A stretch of 64,000 nucleotides of DNA from an uncultured Candidatus Saccharibacteria bacterium (GTDB lineage: Bacteria > Patescibacteriota > Minisyncoccia > Minisyncoccales > Staskawiczbacteraceae): assembly GCA_964475855.1 (NCBI GenBank), contig CAYZAV010000002.1:51933-115932 (forward strand), given 5' to 3'. How positions within the stretch are numbered: the first letter of the stretch is position 1; each line of letters opens with the position of its first letter. Both the position numbers and the translations under genes were made by a program. The notes beneath the pieces are model-generated. The model saw only the letters and a program-made list of their open reading frames with translations. It was not told where the DNA came from and searched no databases. Shown piece by piece: positions 18,150 through 26,905 of the stretch.

Positions 18150-18491
18150 ATGTCATTTAAACAAGAAAAACGGAAAAGGATCCATGGAAGGATCAGGTCT
18201 CGCCTTATGGGAACTGCCATACGTCCGCGGCTTTCGGTATTCAAATCATCAAACCATATGTATGCCCAGCTGATTGATGATGATAGTGCAAAGGTACTGG
18301 TGATGGTTTCTGATATAAAAATGAAAAAAGGAAAAAAAACCGAACACTCCCTTGAAATTGGAAAATTGATTGCCAAAGAGGCATTGGCTAAAAAAATCGA
18401 AACGGTTGTTTTTGACCGTGGTGGTTTCGTATTCCATGGAAGGGTGAAGGCAGTAGCTGATGGTGCGCGCGAAGGCGGACTGAAGTTCTAA
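18150..18491 (+). CDS. rplR: 50S ribosomal protein L18
   Basis: RPRLSVFKSSNHMYAQLIDD...FDRGGFVFHGRVKA. Confidence 0.95.
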   Translation: MSFKQEKRKRIHGRIRSRLMGTAIRPRLSVFKSSNHMYAQLIDDDSAKVLVMVSDIKMKKGKKTEHSLEIGKLIAKEALAKKIETVVFDRGGFVFHGRVKAVADGAREGGLKF

Positions 18492-18529
18492 ATTTATAAT
18501 TATTCTAATTGACCTAATTATTCTAAAAA

Positions 18530-19072
18530 ATGGCTGAAGAAATAAAACAACAACCAGTGGTGCCAAAAACCGAAGGTCGCAATACCGAAGGGTTTAGGCC
18601 CCAAAGGAAATTTGGCTCACGACCCGGTGCCGTTAATGACGGATTTGATACTAAACTGCTTGATTTGGCACGCGTGACCCGTGTGACCGGTGGTGGAAAG
18701 CGGATGAGTTTCCGGGCTGTAGTGGTTGCCGGTGATAAAAAATCTAAGGTTGGCATTGGTATCGATAAGGGAAAAGACGTTTCCCAGGCTATTGAAAAAG
18801 CTACCAGCCGTGCCAAGAAAAATCTGATTACGGTTATTACCGTTAATGGCACTATTCCCCATCAAGTTGAGGCTAAGTCAGGACCGGCCGTTATTTTGCT
18901 CAAACCCCAGAGCCAGGGACGCGGATTGGTTGCCGGCGGCGCCGTTCGGGTTATTTGCGAATTAGCCGGAATCAAAAACATTTCTTCAAAAATCTTGTCG
19001 GGATCCAAGAATAAACTAAACAACGCCAGAGCAACTATGGAGGCGTTACGGAAATTGAAAATAAGGCAATAA
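18530..19072 (+). CDS. rpsE: 30S ribosomal protein S5
   Basis: RVTRVTGGGKRMSFRAVVVAGD. Confidence 0.96.
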   Translation: MAEEIKQQPVVPKTEGRNTEGFRPQRKFGSRPGAVNDGFDTKLLDLARVTRVTGGGKRMSFRAVVVAGDKKSKVGIGIDKGKDVSQAIEKATSRAKKNLITVITVNGTIPHQVEAKSGPAVILLKPQSQGRGLVAGGAVRVICELAGIKNISSKILSGSKNKLNNARATMEALRKLKIRQ

Positions 19073-19074
19073 TT

Positions 19075-19506
19075 ATGCAAATCCACCAATTACAACCAAA
19101 ACACTCCTCAAAAGACCGTAAAATTGTTGGCAGGGGAGGCAAGAAAGGAACCTATTCCGGAAAGGGAGGAAAGGGTCAAACTGCCCGCGCCGGCCGAAAA
19201 TTAGCGCCGATTATCCGAGAATTGATCAAGCGATATCCAAAATTGAAAGGATACCGAGCTTTTAAGATAGGAAATACCACTCGGGTGGTGAATTTGGAAA
19301 TTCTGGAAAAACATGCAAAGGATGGCGATGTTATTAATCCTGAACAGTTGATTGCCAAGGGGATTGTGCGTATGATAAAAGGAAAGACTCCAGAAATTAA
19401 AATTTTGGGAACAGGCGAATTTTCAAAAAAAGTAACCATTGAAAATTGCAGGGTCTCAGCCAGCGCCAAGGTGGCCATTGAGAAAGCGGGAGGGAAAGTC
19501 ACATAA
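19075..19506 (+). CDS. rplO: 50S ribosomal protein L15 (starts 3 nt after the rpsE stop; no rpmD between them)
   Basis: GRGGKKGTYSGKGGKGQTARAG. Confidence 0.95.
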   Translation: MQIHQLQPKHSSKDRKIVGRGGKKGTYSGKGGKGQTARAGRKLAPIIRELIKRYPKLKGYRAFKIGNTTRVVNLEILEKHAKDGDVINPEQLIAKGIVRMIKGKTPEIKILGTGEFSKKVTIENCRVSASAKVAIEKAGGKVT

Positions 19507-19567
19507 CACGTAACATAGAACAGATAACAAATACGTTTTGTTTTATGTTCCATGTTTCATGTTCCAT
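19499..19567. repeat. Word-built inverted repeat (aacat/atgtt heptamers) between rplO and secY
   Basis: cacataacacgtaacatagaacagataacaaa / ttttgttttatgttccatgtttcatgttccatg. Confidence 0.6.
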
Positions 19568-19572
19568 GAAGA

Positions 19573-20850
19573 ATGTGGTACGACAAAATTACGTTATTAT
19601 TTCGCAATAAGGAACTAAGGAATAAATTCGGAATAGTATTATTCCTTTTTTTGGTATTCCGTATCGCCGCCAATGTGCCGATTCCGGGTATTGGCGCTGA
19701 AAGTTTGCGCCGGTTTTTTGAACAAAACCAAGTATTTGGTTTGTTGAATATTTTTTCTGGTGGCGCTTTAAGTAACTTTTCCATTGTGCTATTGGGACTT
19801 GGGCCGTATATTACCTCTACCATTATCTTACAGCTTCTGACCATGATTTTCCCTTCCCTTGAAAAAATGTATAAGGAAGAAGGAGAAGCTGGCCGGCAAA
19901 AGTTCAACCAATATGGTAGGCTTTTGGCCATTCCACTAGCTGCTTTTGAAGGATATGGAATGTTAACCCTTTTCCAGCGACAAGGAGTCATTACCGGGCT
20001 GACCCCGATGATTTTAGTAAGCTCTATTATTACCATTATTGCCGGTTCCATCTTTTTAATGTGGATCGGGGAACTGATTACCGAACAGGGAATGGGAAAC
20101 GGCATTTCACTGCTGATTTTTGCCGGTATTGTCGCCCAGTTACCCATTAATATTTTCCAAACATTTGTTTCGTGGGATCCAAGTAAAATCCCTTCTTATC
20201 TGTTATTCTTTGTGCTTTCGGTGGCTATTATTGCTGCAGTAGTGCTAATTACTGAAGCCCGTCGGAATATTCCGGTTTCTTATGCCAAGCGTGTGCGAGG
20301 GTCAAAAATGTTTGGCGGTCAGTCAACGTATCTGCCGCTTAACGTTAACCCCGCCGGAGTTATCCCTATTATTTTTGCCTTGAGCATCTTATTATTCCCA
20401 GGCATGATTGCCGGATTTTTCGGAGGTGTGCCGGGCATGGTGGGAAACATTGCCACTTCGGTTGCAGCGTTTTTTGCCGATGTGTGGGTGCACGGTATTT
20501 TATACTTTTTGCTGGTTATTTTGTTTACGTATTTTTACACCGCGGTTACCTTTGACCCGAAAGCCATTGCTGAAAATTTACAGAAAATGGGAGGATTTAT
20601 ACCCGGGGTGCGGCCAGGAGAATCAACTACTAAATTTTTAAGCCATATTTTAAACCGCGTATTGTTTACGGGCGCCATTTTTCTTGGCTTAATCGCTGTG
20701 TTACCAACCATTGTTGGCGGACTTACTGGCGTTACCGGATTTGCCTTTTTGATCGGTGGAACTTCTCTGTTGATTGTAGTTTCTGTGGTACTTGATACCA
20801 TACGCCAGGTCAATTCTCAGCTTGAAATGCGGGAATACGATACATTCTAA
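19573..20850 (+). CDS. secY: Preprotein translocase subunit SecY
   Basis: 425 aa polytopic protein, FRIAANVPIPGI, position after rplO. Confidence 0.95.
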   Translation: MWYDKITLLFRNKELRNKFGIVLFLFLVFRIAANVPIPGIGAESLRRFFEQNQVFGLLNIFSGGALSNFSIVLLGLGPYITSTIILQLLTMIFPSLEKMYKEEGEAGRQKFNQYGRLLAIPLAAFEGYGMLTLFQRQGVITGLTPMILVSSIITIIAGSIFLMWIGELITEQGMGNGISLLIFAGIVAQLPINIFQTFVSWDPSKIPSYLLFFVLSVAIIAAVVLITEARRNIPVSYAKRVRGSKMFGGQSTYLPLNVNPAGVIPIIFALSILLFPGMIAGFFGGVPGMVGNIATSVAAFFADVWVHGILYFLLVILFTYFYTAVTFDPKAIAENLQKMGGFIPGVRPGESTTKFLSHILNRVLFTGAIFLGLIAVLPTIVGGLTGVTGFAFLIGGTSLLIVVSVVLDTIRQVNSQLEMREYDTF

Positions 20851-20856
20851 AATAGT

Positions 20857-21567
20857 ATGAGCAAAAGGGTTATTATTTTATTTGGCCCTCCTGGGGCCGG
20901 AAAAGGGACACAGTCAGAGCTTCTTTCTGAAAAGATGGGGCTTTATTTGTTTGAAACTTCCAAAATTTTAGAGCGGGAATTTAAAAAGGCTGAAAAACTG
21001 GATGAACATGCTCAAGACCGGTTTGTGGAGATTGAAGGCGAGAAATTTGATGTGCTTAATGAGCTGGCTATTTGGAAGCGCGGAGAGTTGTGTAGTCCTC
21101 CATGGGTAACTTATCTTAGCATGAAAGAATTCCAGCGCCTCTTTGACGATGGTGATAATTTGATTATTGCCGGTTCCCCGCGCACTGTTTACGAGGCTGA
21201 GCGCGAAATGCCGTTGTTGGCGAGGTTGTACGGCAAAGAAAATATCAACATTTTTATGTTGGAAATTTCTGCAGAGGCCACTATTTTCCGTAATAGTCAC
21301 CGCAAGATTTGCGAGCTGATGCGTCATTCCATTTTATTTAATAAAGAGAGCGAAAAACTGACATTATGTTCCCTAGATGGATCAAAGTTGGTTACCCGCA
21401 AAGATTTGGACGACCCGGAAACCATTAAAACCCGTCTACATCAATACAAAGACCGGACATTGCCCCTGTTTGACTATTTTAATAATAATGGCTTTAACGT
21501 TACAAAAATTAACGGCGAACGGTCGGTGGCAGAGGTACATGAAGATATTTTTAAAGCAATACGATAA
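20857..21567 (+). CDS. adk: Adenylate kinase
   Basis: GPPGAGKGTQ P-loop; position. Confidence 0.9.
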   Translation: MSKRVIILFGPPGAGKGTQSELLSEKMGLYLFETSKILEREFKKAEKLDEHAQDRFVEIEGEKFDVLNELAIWKRGELCSPPWVTYLSMKEFQRLFDDGDNLIIAGSPRTVYEAEREMPLLARLYGKENINIFMLEISAEATIFRNSHRKICELMRHSILFNKESEKLTLCSLDGSKLVTRKDLDDPETIKTRLHQYKDRTLPLFDYFNNNGFNVTKINGERSVAEVHEDIFKAIR

Positions 21568-22314
21568 ATGGGGCTGATAAAAACTTCAGAGGAAATTCAA
21601 ATAATGAAAGAGGGTGGTAAAATTTTGGCAACGGTCTTGAAAGAAATCGAAAAAATGGCCGTGCCGGGAATTACCACCTTGGAACTGGACAGAGCCGCCG
21701 AGGCTCTTATTTTGGCTGCCGGAGCTAAACCCGCATTCAAGGGTTACGAAAAATTTCCCTATTCTTTGTGCGCTTCGGTCAACGATACTATTGTACATGG
21801 CTTTCCCTCTGACTATGTATTAAAAAATGGCGACATTGTGGGGTTGGACTTAGGGGTGAAATGGAAGGGCTATAACACCGATATGGCGGTTACCGTGGCG
21901 GTGGGCGAAGTTTCTTTTGAAGCTCGTCGATTATTGCAGGCTACTAAAAAAGCCTTGCGTTTGGGCATTAAAAAGGCTCGCTCGGGCATCACTACGGGCG
22001 ATATTGGCAACACCATCCAACGATTTTTGGAAGACCAGGGTTTTGGCGTGGTGCGGGATTTGTGCGGCCACGGCATCGGTAAAGAAGTACACGAAGATCC
22101 GCAAGTGCCAAACTACGGCGAACGTCACAAAGGCACGGTATTAAAAGAGGGGATGGTGATTTGCATTGAACCTATGGTCACTATCGGTGACTGGCAGATA
22201 AAGCGCGCCAAAGATAACTACGGATTTTCAACCAGAGATGGCTCACTCTCAGCTCATTTTGAGCATACGCTGGCCATTACCAAAGATGGTTGCAGGGTAT
22301 TGACAGAGTATTAA
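21568..22314 (+). CDS. map: Methionine aminopeptidase type I
   Basis: 248 aa, pita-bread fold pattern (GHGIG, HFEHT). Confidence 0.93.
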   Translation: MGLIKTSEEIQIMKEGGKILATVLKEIEKMAVPGITTLELDRAAEALILAAGAKPAFKGYEKFPYSLCASVNDTIVHGFPSDYVLKNGDIVGLDLGVKWKGYNTDMAVTVAVGEVSFEARRLLQATKKALRLGIKKARSGITTGDIGNTIQRFLEDQGFGVVRDLCGHGIGKEVHEDPQVPNYGERHKGTVLKEGMVICIEPMVTIGDWQIKRAKDNYGFSTRDGSLSAHFEHTLAITKDGCRVLTEY

Positions 22315-22381
22315 ATTTATCCTATTATTAAAATAGATAAGGGTAGGTTGCCCTTTAAAATTTCTTTTACTGGAGGTTTTT

Positions 22382-22729
22382 ATGGATCGCTTTGAGATAC
22401 TGCTGACGCTTTGGATCACGGTTCTCGTTACGGCAACGGCATGGTTGGGTATTGTAATGATGCTCTGTCATGAGAGTAGAAAAGCTCGTCAATGCAAGAA
22501 CATGGTGAAGGGTAAGGAGTATCATATCCTTGTGCTTTCCGATGACACGTGCTATTGGATGGTAATCAAGGGCAAGGATGATGAGTTTCCGTTTACCGTC
22601 GCGCTTACGTTAAAACAGTTAACGGGGCTCAAGATTGGCGATATTGTCCAATGGAATGGAATTAGTCTTACCAAATTCAGATTACTGTCTGATGAAGACA
22701 TCGCGCAAATGGATGCATTTATGCGTTAA
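22382..22729 (+). CDS. Hypothetical single-TM protein (SD-bearing cassette)
   Basis: GGAGGtttttATG. TM LTLWITVLVTATAWLGIVMML. Terminator downstream. Confidence 0.55.
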   Translation: MDRFEILLTLWITVLVTATAWLGIVMMLCHESRKARQCKNMVKGKEYHILVLSDDTCYWMVIKGKDDEFPFTVALTLKQLTGLKIGDIVQWNGISLTKFRLLSDEDIAQMDAFMR

Positions 22730-22739
22730 ATTAGTAAGT

Positions 22740-22765
22740 CCTCGCTAAATCAGCGAGGCTTTTTT
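22740..22765 (+). terminator. Intrinsic terminator
   Basis: CCTCGCT-aaatc-AGCGAGG followed by cttttttc. Confidence 0.65.
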
Positions 22766-22794
22766 CTTGTAATAATTTTTGTTATAATTAATAT

Positions 22795-23517
22795 ATGAAA
22801 CCATTAATCGTAGCCAATTGGAAATTAAATCCTGAAACACAAAAAGAAGCAAAGGAGCTTTTTGATGCAGTGAAAAAGGGGGTGAAAAACGCTGCGGTTG
22901 AAGTGGTTATTTGTCCGCCGTTTATTTATTTGGCGGAGTTGCATGGTTTGCCGCTTGGAGCCCAAAATGTAGGACAGGAGGAAAAAGGTGCTTTTACGGG
23001 CGAAGTTTCGGCCATGCAATTAAAAGATATGGGGGTGGAATATGCGTTAGTGGGGCACTCTGAACGCCGCAACAAATTTTCTGAAACGGATGAAATGGCC
23101 AACCAAAAAATGCAGATTACATTGAAAGCAGGCTTAAAACCTATTCTATGTATCGGCGAAAAAGAAGGCGAAGATAAAGCAGGAGTTATTGATCGGCAAA
23201 TCACCATTGCACTAAAGGGTATTTCTTTAAAAGAGTTAAAACACATTGTCATTGCCTATGAACCTGTCTGGGCTATTGGTACGGGCAAAAATTGCGGCGT
23301 TAATGAAACGTTGTCTTCTATTTTATTGGTGCGAAAAATCTTGACTAATTTATATAAAAGGGAAGCGGCTGATGCTATGCGTATTCTCTATGGCGGCAGT
23401 GTCAAAGCCGAAAATTCGGCAGCTTATTTGAAAGAAGCTGGCACTAATGGCCTTTTGGTGGGTGGATCATCACTAAAGGCGGAAGAATTTATTGCTATTG
23501 TAAAGTCGGCACAGTAG
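22795..23517 (+). CDS. tpiA: Triosephosphate isomerase
   Basis: ANWKLN, GHSERR, AYEPVWAIGTG motifs. TATAAT(22783-22788) lies 6 nt before the ATG. Confidence 0.95.
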   Translation: MKPLIVANWKLNPETQKEAKELFDAVKKGVKNAAVEVVICPPFIYLAELHGLPLGAQNVGQEEKGAFTGEVSAMQLKDMGVEYALVGHSERRNKFSETDEMANQKMQITLKAGLKPILCIGEKEGEDKAGVIDRQITIALKGISLKELKHIVIAYEPVWAIGTGKNCGVNETLSSILLVRKILTNLYKREAADAMRILYGGSVKAENSAAYLKEAGTNGLLVGGSSLKAEEFIAIVKSAQ

Positions 23518-23552
23518 TTTGACATTCTTGTCTTCCGGCGTATATTGAAGGC

Positions 23553-24086
23553 ATGGAATCAGGAATAAAAAATGGCCAATTTTTCAGCCCGTCAAAGGGT
23601 AATTTGGGGTTTGACGCAGTTATCAAAGAAATTTTTGAGTATATTTCCGCCGAGCCCGGATTTTTTTACGACATTGTAGTGGGGTGCGATTCGCCTTCCA
23701 TTGATAAGCCGTTTTTTCCCATTGCCATTGTTGTTTTGCGAAAAGGGCAGGGTGGACGGTTTTTCCTTAAAAAAATGCAGTACCCAGATGCTTATTTAAA
23801 ACGCTTTACGGATGTGAAGCGTAACTGGAAACAGCGCATTTTGCAAGAAGTATATTTAAGTTGCGAACTGGCGCTGGAATTGCGCGAAACGTTAGAACGG
23901 GAATTCGGTGCGGCGCGGGCCGGCTTTAATTATCAATTTGCCTATATTCACGCCGACGTGGGAGAACATGGCAAAACCAAAGAAATGGTGCGCGAAGTTA
24001 CCGGGCTTATCAAAGGCCACGGTTTTGAACCGAAAATAAAACCATTTTCATTCGCGGCTTCGGTGGTGGCTGATAGATATACCTAA
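23553..24086 (+). CDS. YkuK/DUF458-like RNase H-fold protein
   Basis: The pattern F.SPSKGNL.F...I..GCDS...AIVV.RKGQGG...IKP.SFAASVVADRYT resembles the B. subtilis YkuK family (recalled from memory). Confidence 0.5.
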   Translation: MESGIKNGQFFSPSKGNLGFDAVIKEIFEYISAEPGFFYDIVVGCDSPSIDKPFFPIAIVVLRKGQGGRFFLKKMQYPDAYLKRFTDVKRNWKQRILQEVYLSCELALELRETLEREFGAARAGFNYQFAYIHADVGEHGKTKEMVREVTGLIKGHGFEPKIKPFSFAASVVADRYT

Positions 24087-24195
24087 ACTTTGATATGGAG
24101 TTTGGCAGGCGTGTAATGGGTTTATGGGAAAAAATATCGAAGAAAAAGATATTGTGGACTGGATTTAAAAATGTGGATAAAAATCTTGCAAAAAT

Positions 24196-24225
24196 AAAAA
24201 AGCGGAAAGGTTAGTTCTTTCCGCT
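24196..24225 (-). terminator. Terminator of the 4xHTH gene
   Basis: AGCGGAAAG/CTTTCCGCT stem with an A-run on the plus strand. Confidence 0.6.
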
Positions 24226-24273
24226 TGCGTGTGCCCGCGAAGGCGCTTTTTTCTCGCACCAGGATGGTGCTTT

Positions 24274-24957
24274 TTAAGGCTCAAAGATTTCCTCTCCGAA
24301 TTCTTCGCTGGTCTTGCTGACTAGTTGCTCGACACGTTGACGGCTGACACCTATTGCCTCGCCAATTTCTCGCAGGGTTTTACCCTTTTTGACCATCTTG
24401 ATGATGGTTTGCATCCGCCCACTTTCAAGATCTCTCCAAGTGGCAGACGTTCTTGAATCGAGCAGGTTTTCTTTGATAAGCTCGTGGGCATATAGGTCTA
24501 CTTTTCTTACTGAGACGCCAAGTAATGCTGCAATCTTGCCATTGGCAAGGCCTAGGTTCCGTAATAGTACCACGCGCTTTTTATAGCTTTGTCGTTGTTC
24601 TTTCGTAAAATGCTGCCTATGTGGCACAAGCCTTTTCTCTCTAATAAGCTGGGAGGCAATAACGATTACGATGCCAGAGGTAAGACCAAGCTTTTTGGCA
24701 ATGGCTTTATTGTCTAGGCCTTTGTTTCGTAGTCTGATAATCCCTTCTTCGCGCCGGATGTGTTCCTGTTCAGAAACAGTGAAGTTCCCCTTTTTCTGTT
24801 TTTTGACTTTTCCTTTCTTGATAAGCTGGTGGACCGTGTTTATTACTACGCAATACGGAAGCCCTGTTTTCTCTACAACCTCATTGTTACTGAAGCCTTG
24901 ACTGCGCAGTGCAATGATTTGCGATTCGCGGCGTTGCCGTTCTTGGTCGGATAGCAT
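24274..24957 (-). CDS. Protein built of four tandem ~57-aa sigma70-region-4/LuxR-like HTH modules
   Basis: Four internal repeats of the form R..II.LR..G.sn..IA..LG.s...V......LI..g. AAGGAG SD motif. G+C-rich. Confidence 0.65.
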   Translation of the reverse strand: MLSDQERQRRESQIIALRSQGFSNNEVVEKTGLPYCVVINTVHQLIKKGKVKKQKKGNFTVSEQEHIRREEGIIRLRNKGLDNKAIAKKLGLTSGIVIVIASQLIREKRLVPHRQHFTKEQRQSYKKRVVLLRNLGLANGKIAALLGVSVRKVDLYAHELIKENLLDSRTSATWRDLESGRMQTIIKMVKKGKTLREIGEAIGVSRQRVEQLVSKTSEEFGEEIFEP

Positions 24958-25004
24958 AACGATGCTCCTTATTTAGTTTTGTAGGTGCGGGTGATATGAG
25001 TATT

Positions 25005-25033
25005 GTTATATATCATTTTTATTGATATGTCAA
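25005..25033 (-). promoter_or_regulatory. Promoter of the 4xHTH gene
   Basis: Minus strand TTGACA(25033-25028)-17-TATAAC(25010-25005). Confidence 0.5.
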
Positions 25034-25089
25034 ATGGTGCGGATCGCTGTAATTTGCGGAAACCGTCAAGATTTAGTAGTATAAGGTAT

Positions 25090-26802
25090 ATGAAATCCGC
25101 AGAACTTCGCCAAAAATTCCTGGATTTTTTTGAGAAAAAGGGGCATACAATTGTCTCTAGCGCTTCTTTAATTCCTGCAGAAACGGGAGCTGGGCAAAAG
25201 ACATTATTTATTACGGCGGGAATGCAGCCTTTGATACCGTTTTTATTAGGGGAAACGCATCCCGGGGGCAAGAGAATTGTTAATATTCAAAAATGCTTCA
25301 GGACCATTGATATTGATGAAGTCGGCGATGATACACATAACACTTTTTTCCAAATGTTGGGAAATTGGTCGCTGGGGGACTATTGGAAAAAAGAATCTAT
25401 TTCCTGGAGTTTTGAATTTTTAACGAAAGAATTGAATATTCCAATAGAAAAATTGGCAGTTTCTTGTTTTATTGGTGATGAACATGCGCCAAAAGATAAA
25501 GAGTCCGCTGAAATCTGGGAAAGCTTGGGAGTTACGAAAGAAAGAATCGCTTTTTTGCCAAAAGAGGATAACTGGTGGGGTCCGGTTGGAGAAACCGGTC
25601 CGTGCGGCCCCGACACAGAGATTTTTTATTGGAAAGCAAATGATGTGCCCGTGCCAAAAGAATTTGATTCGACTAATAAAAATTGGGTTGAGATTTGGAA
25701 TAATGTTTTCATGCAATATGTTAAGGATACCAATGGCAACTATGTTTTGGCAGAACAAAAAAATGTAGATACGGGTATGGGCTTTGAAAGGACGCTGGCT
25801 ATTTTGAATGGTTTTGAAAATATATACGAAACAGATTTGTTTGCGCCGGTTATGCATTTATTCCCAGGTCATGTTGATGAACGTAAAAAACGGATTATCG
25901 CCGACCACGCCAGGGCATCGGTATTTTTAATTTCAGATGGGGTGATTCCTTCAAATAAAGACCAAGGATATATATTGCGAAGATTGTTAAGAAGAATGAT
26001 GGTACATATGCGAGGCATTGAGCACGATATCTTTGAGCCGATTAAGAAAAATATAGAAATATACCAAGAAATATATGCTTTAGATGAGGGTAAAATTATA
26101 CCGGTAGTTAAAGAAGAGGCCGAGAAATTTGAAAAAACATTGGCGGCAGGATTAAAAGTGATTGAAAAAATAACCACTATTACCGGCAAAGAAGCTTTTT
26201 TACTCTATGAAACATATGGTTTTCCATTGGAAGTTTTAGAAGAAATACGCGAAGTTGTAAATCGAGAAGATTTTTTTGAAGAGTTAAAAAAACACCAAGA
26301 ATTATCTCGCACTGCTTCTGTGGGAATGTTTAAAGGGGGACTGGCGGATCATGATCCAAAAACTATAACATTGCACACAGCGCACCATTTGCTGTTGGCG
26401 GCTTTGCAGCAACTGTTAGGGTCAGAAGTAAAGCAAAAAGGCAGTAATATTACGCAAGAACGGTTACGGATTGATGTTTCGCTTGGGCGGAAAATTACCA
26501 AAGAAGAATTATTGGAGGTGGAAAATTTGGTTAATGAAAAAATTTCTGGCGCTCTGGATGTGGTAAAAAAAGAAATGTCGCTTTCGGAGGCACAGCAAAT
26601 TGGTGCAGAAATGGAATTTGGTGTAAAATACGGTAATACGGTGTCAGTTTACTTTATAGAAGAAAAAGATGGCACGTCGTTTAGTAAAGAATTTTGCGGC
26701 GGCCCGCATGTAAAAAATACATCGGAAATAGGTAAGTTTAAGATAATAAAAGAAGAAGCTTCTTCGCAGGGGGTGAGGAGGATAAAAGCAATCTTAGAGT
26801 AA
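25090..26802 (+). CDS. alaS: Alanyl-tRNA synthetase, compact form (570 aa, no C-Ala domain)
   Basis: MKSAELRQKFLDFFEKKGH start. Editing motifs HTAHHLL and CGGPHV. Start set at ATG 25090 with TTGCGG-17-TAGTAT-7 nt upstream. Confidence 0.9.
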   Translation: MKSAELRQKFLDFFEKKGHTIVSSASLIPAETGAGQKTLFITAGMQPLIPFLLGETHPGGKRIVNIQKCFRTIDIDEVGDDTHNTFFQMLGNWSLGDYWKKESISWSFEFLTKELNIPIEKLAVSCFIGDEHAPKDKESAEIWESLGVTKERIAFLPKEDNWWGPVGETGPCGPDTEIFYWKANDVPVPKEFDSTNKNWVEIWNNVFMQYVKDTNGNYVLAEQKNVDTGMGFERTLAILNGFENIYETDLFAPVMHLFPGHVDERKKRIIADHARASVFLISDGVIPSNKDQGYILRRLLRRMMVHMRGIEHDIFEPIKKNIEIYQEIYALDEGKIIPVVKEEAEKFEKTLAAGLKVIEKITTITGKEAFLLYETYGFPLEVLEEIREVVNREDFFEELKKHQELSRTASVGMFKGGLADHDPKTITLHTAHHLLLAALQQLLGSEVKQKGSNITQERLRIDVSLGRKITKEELLEVENLVNEKISGALDVVKKEMSLSEAQQIGAEMEFGVKYGNTVSVYFIEEKDGTSFSKEFCGGPHVKNTSEIGKFKIIKEEASSQGVRRIKAILE

Positions 26803-26897
26803 ATTATTCTAATTATACTAATTGCTCTAATTATTCTAACTATTTGGGTATTGGCATTTGATTAGGTCAATTAGAATAATTAGGTTAATTAGAAATT
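26802..26897. repeat. Word-built inverted repeat (ttctaatt words)
   Basis: aattattctaattatactaattgctctaattattctaac pairs with attaggtcaattagaataattaggttaattagaaatt. Confidence 0.6.
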
Positions 26898-26905
26898 TCA
26901 CAAGT

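Noticed and set aside
24095-24214. 39-aa ORF (MEFGRRVMGLWEKISKKK...) in the gap after the YkuK-like gene.
   Set aside because: It has no SD or -10 at the appropriate distance and its composition is Lys-rich and low-complexity. It overlaps the minus-strand terminator of the 4xHTH gene.
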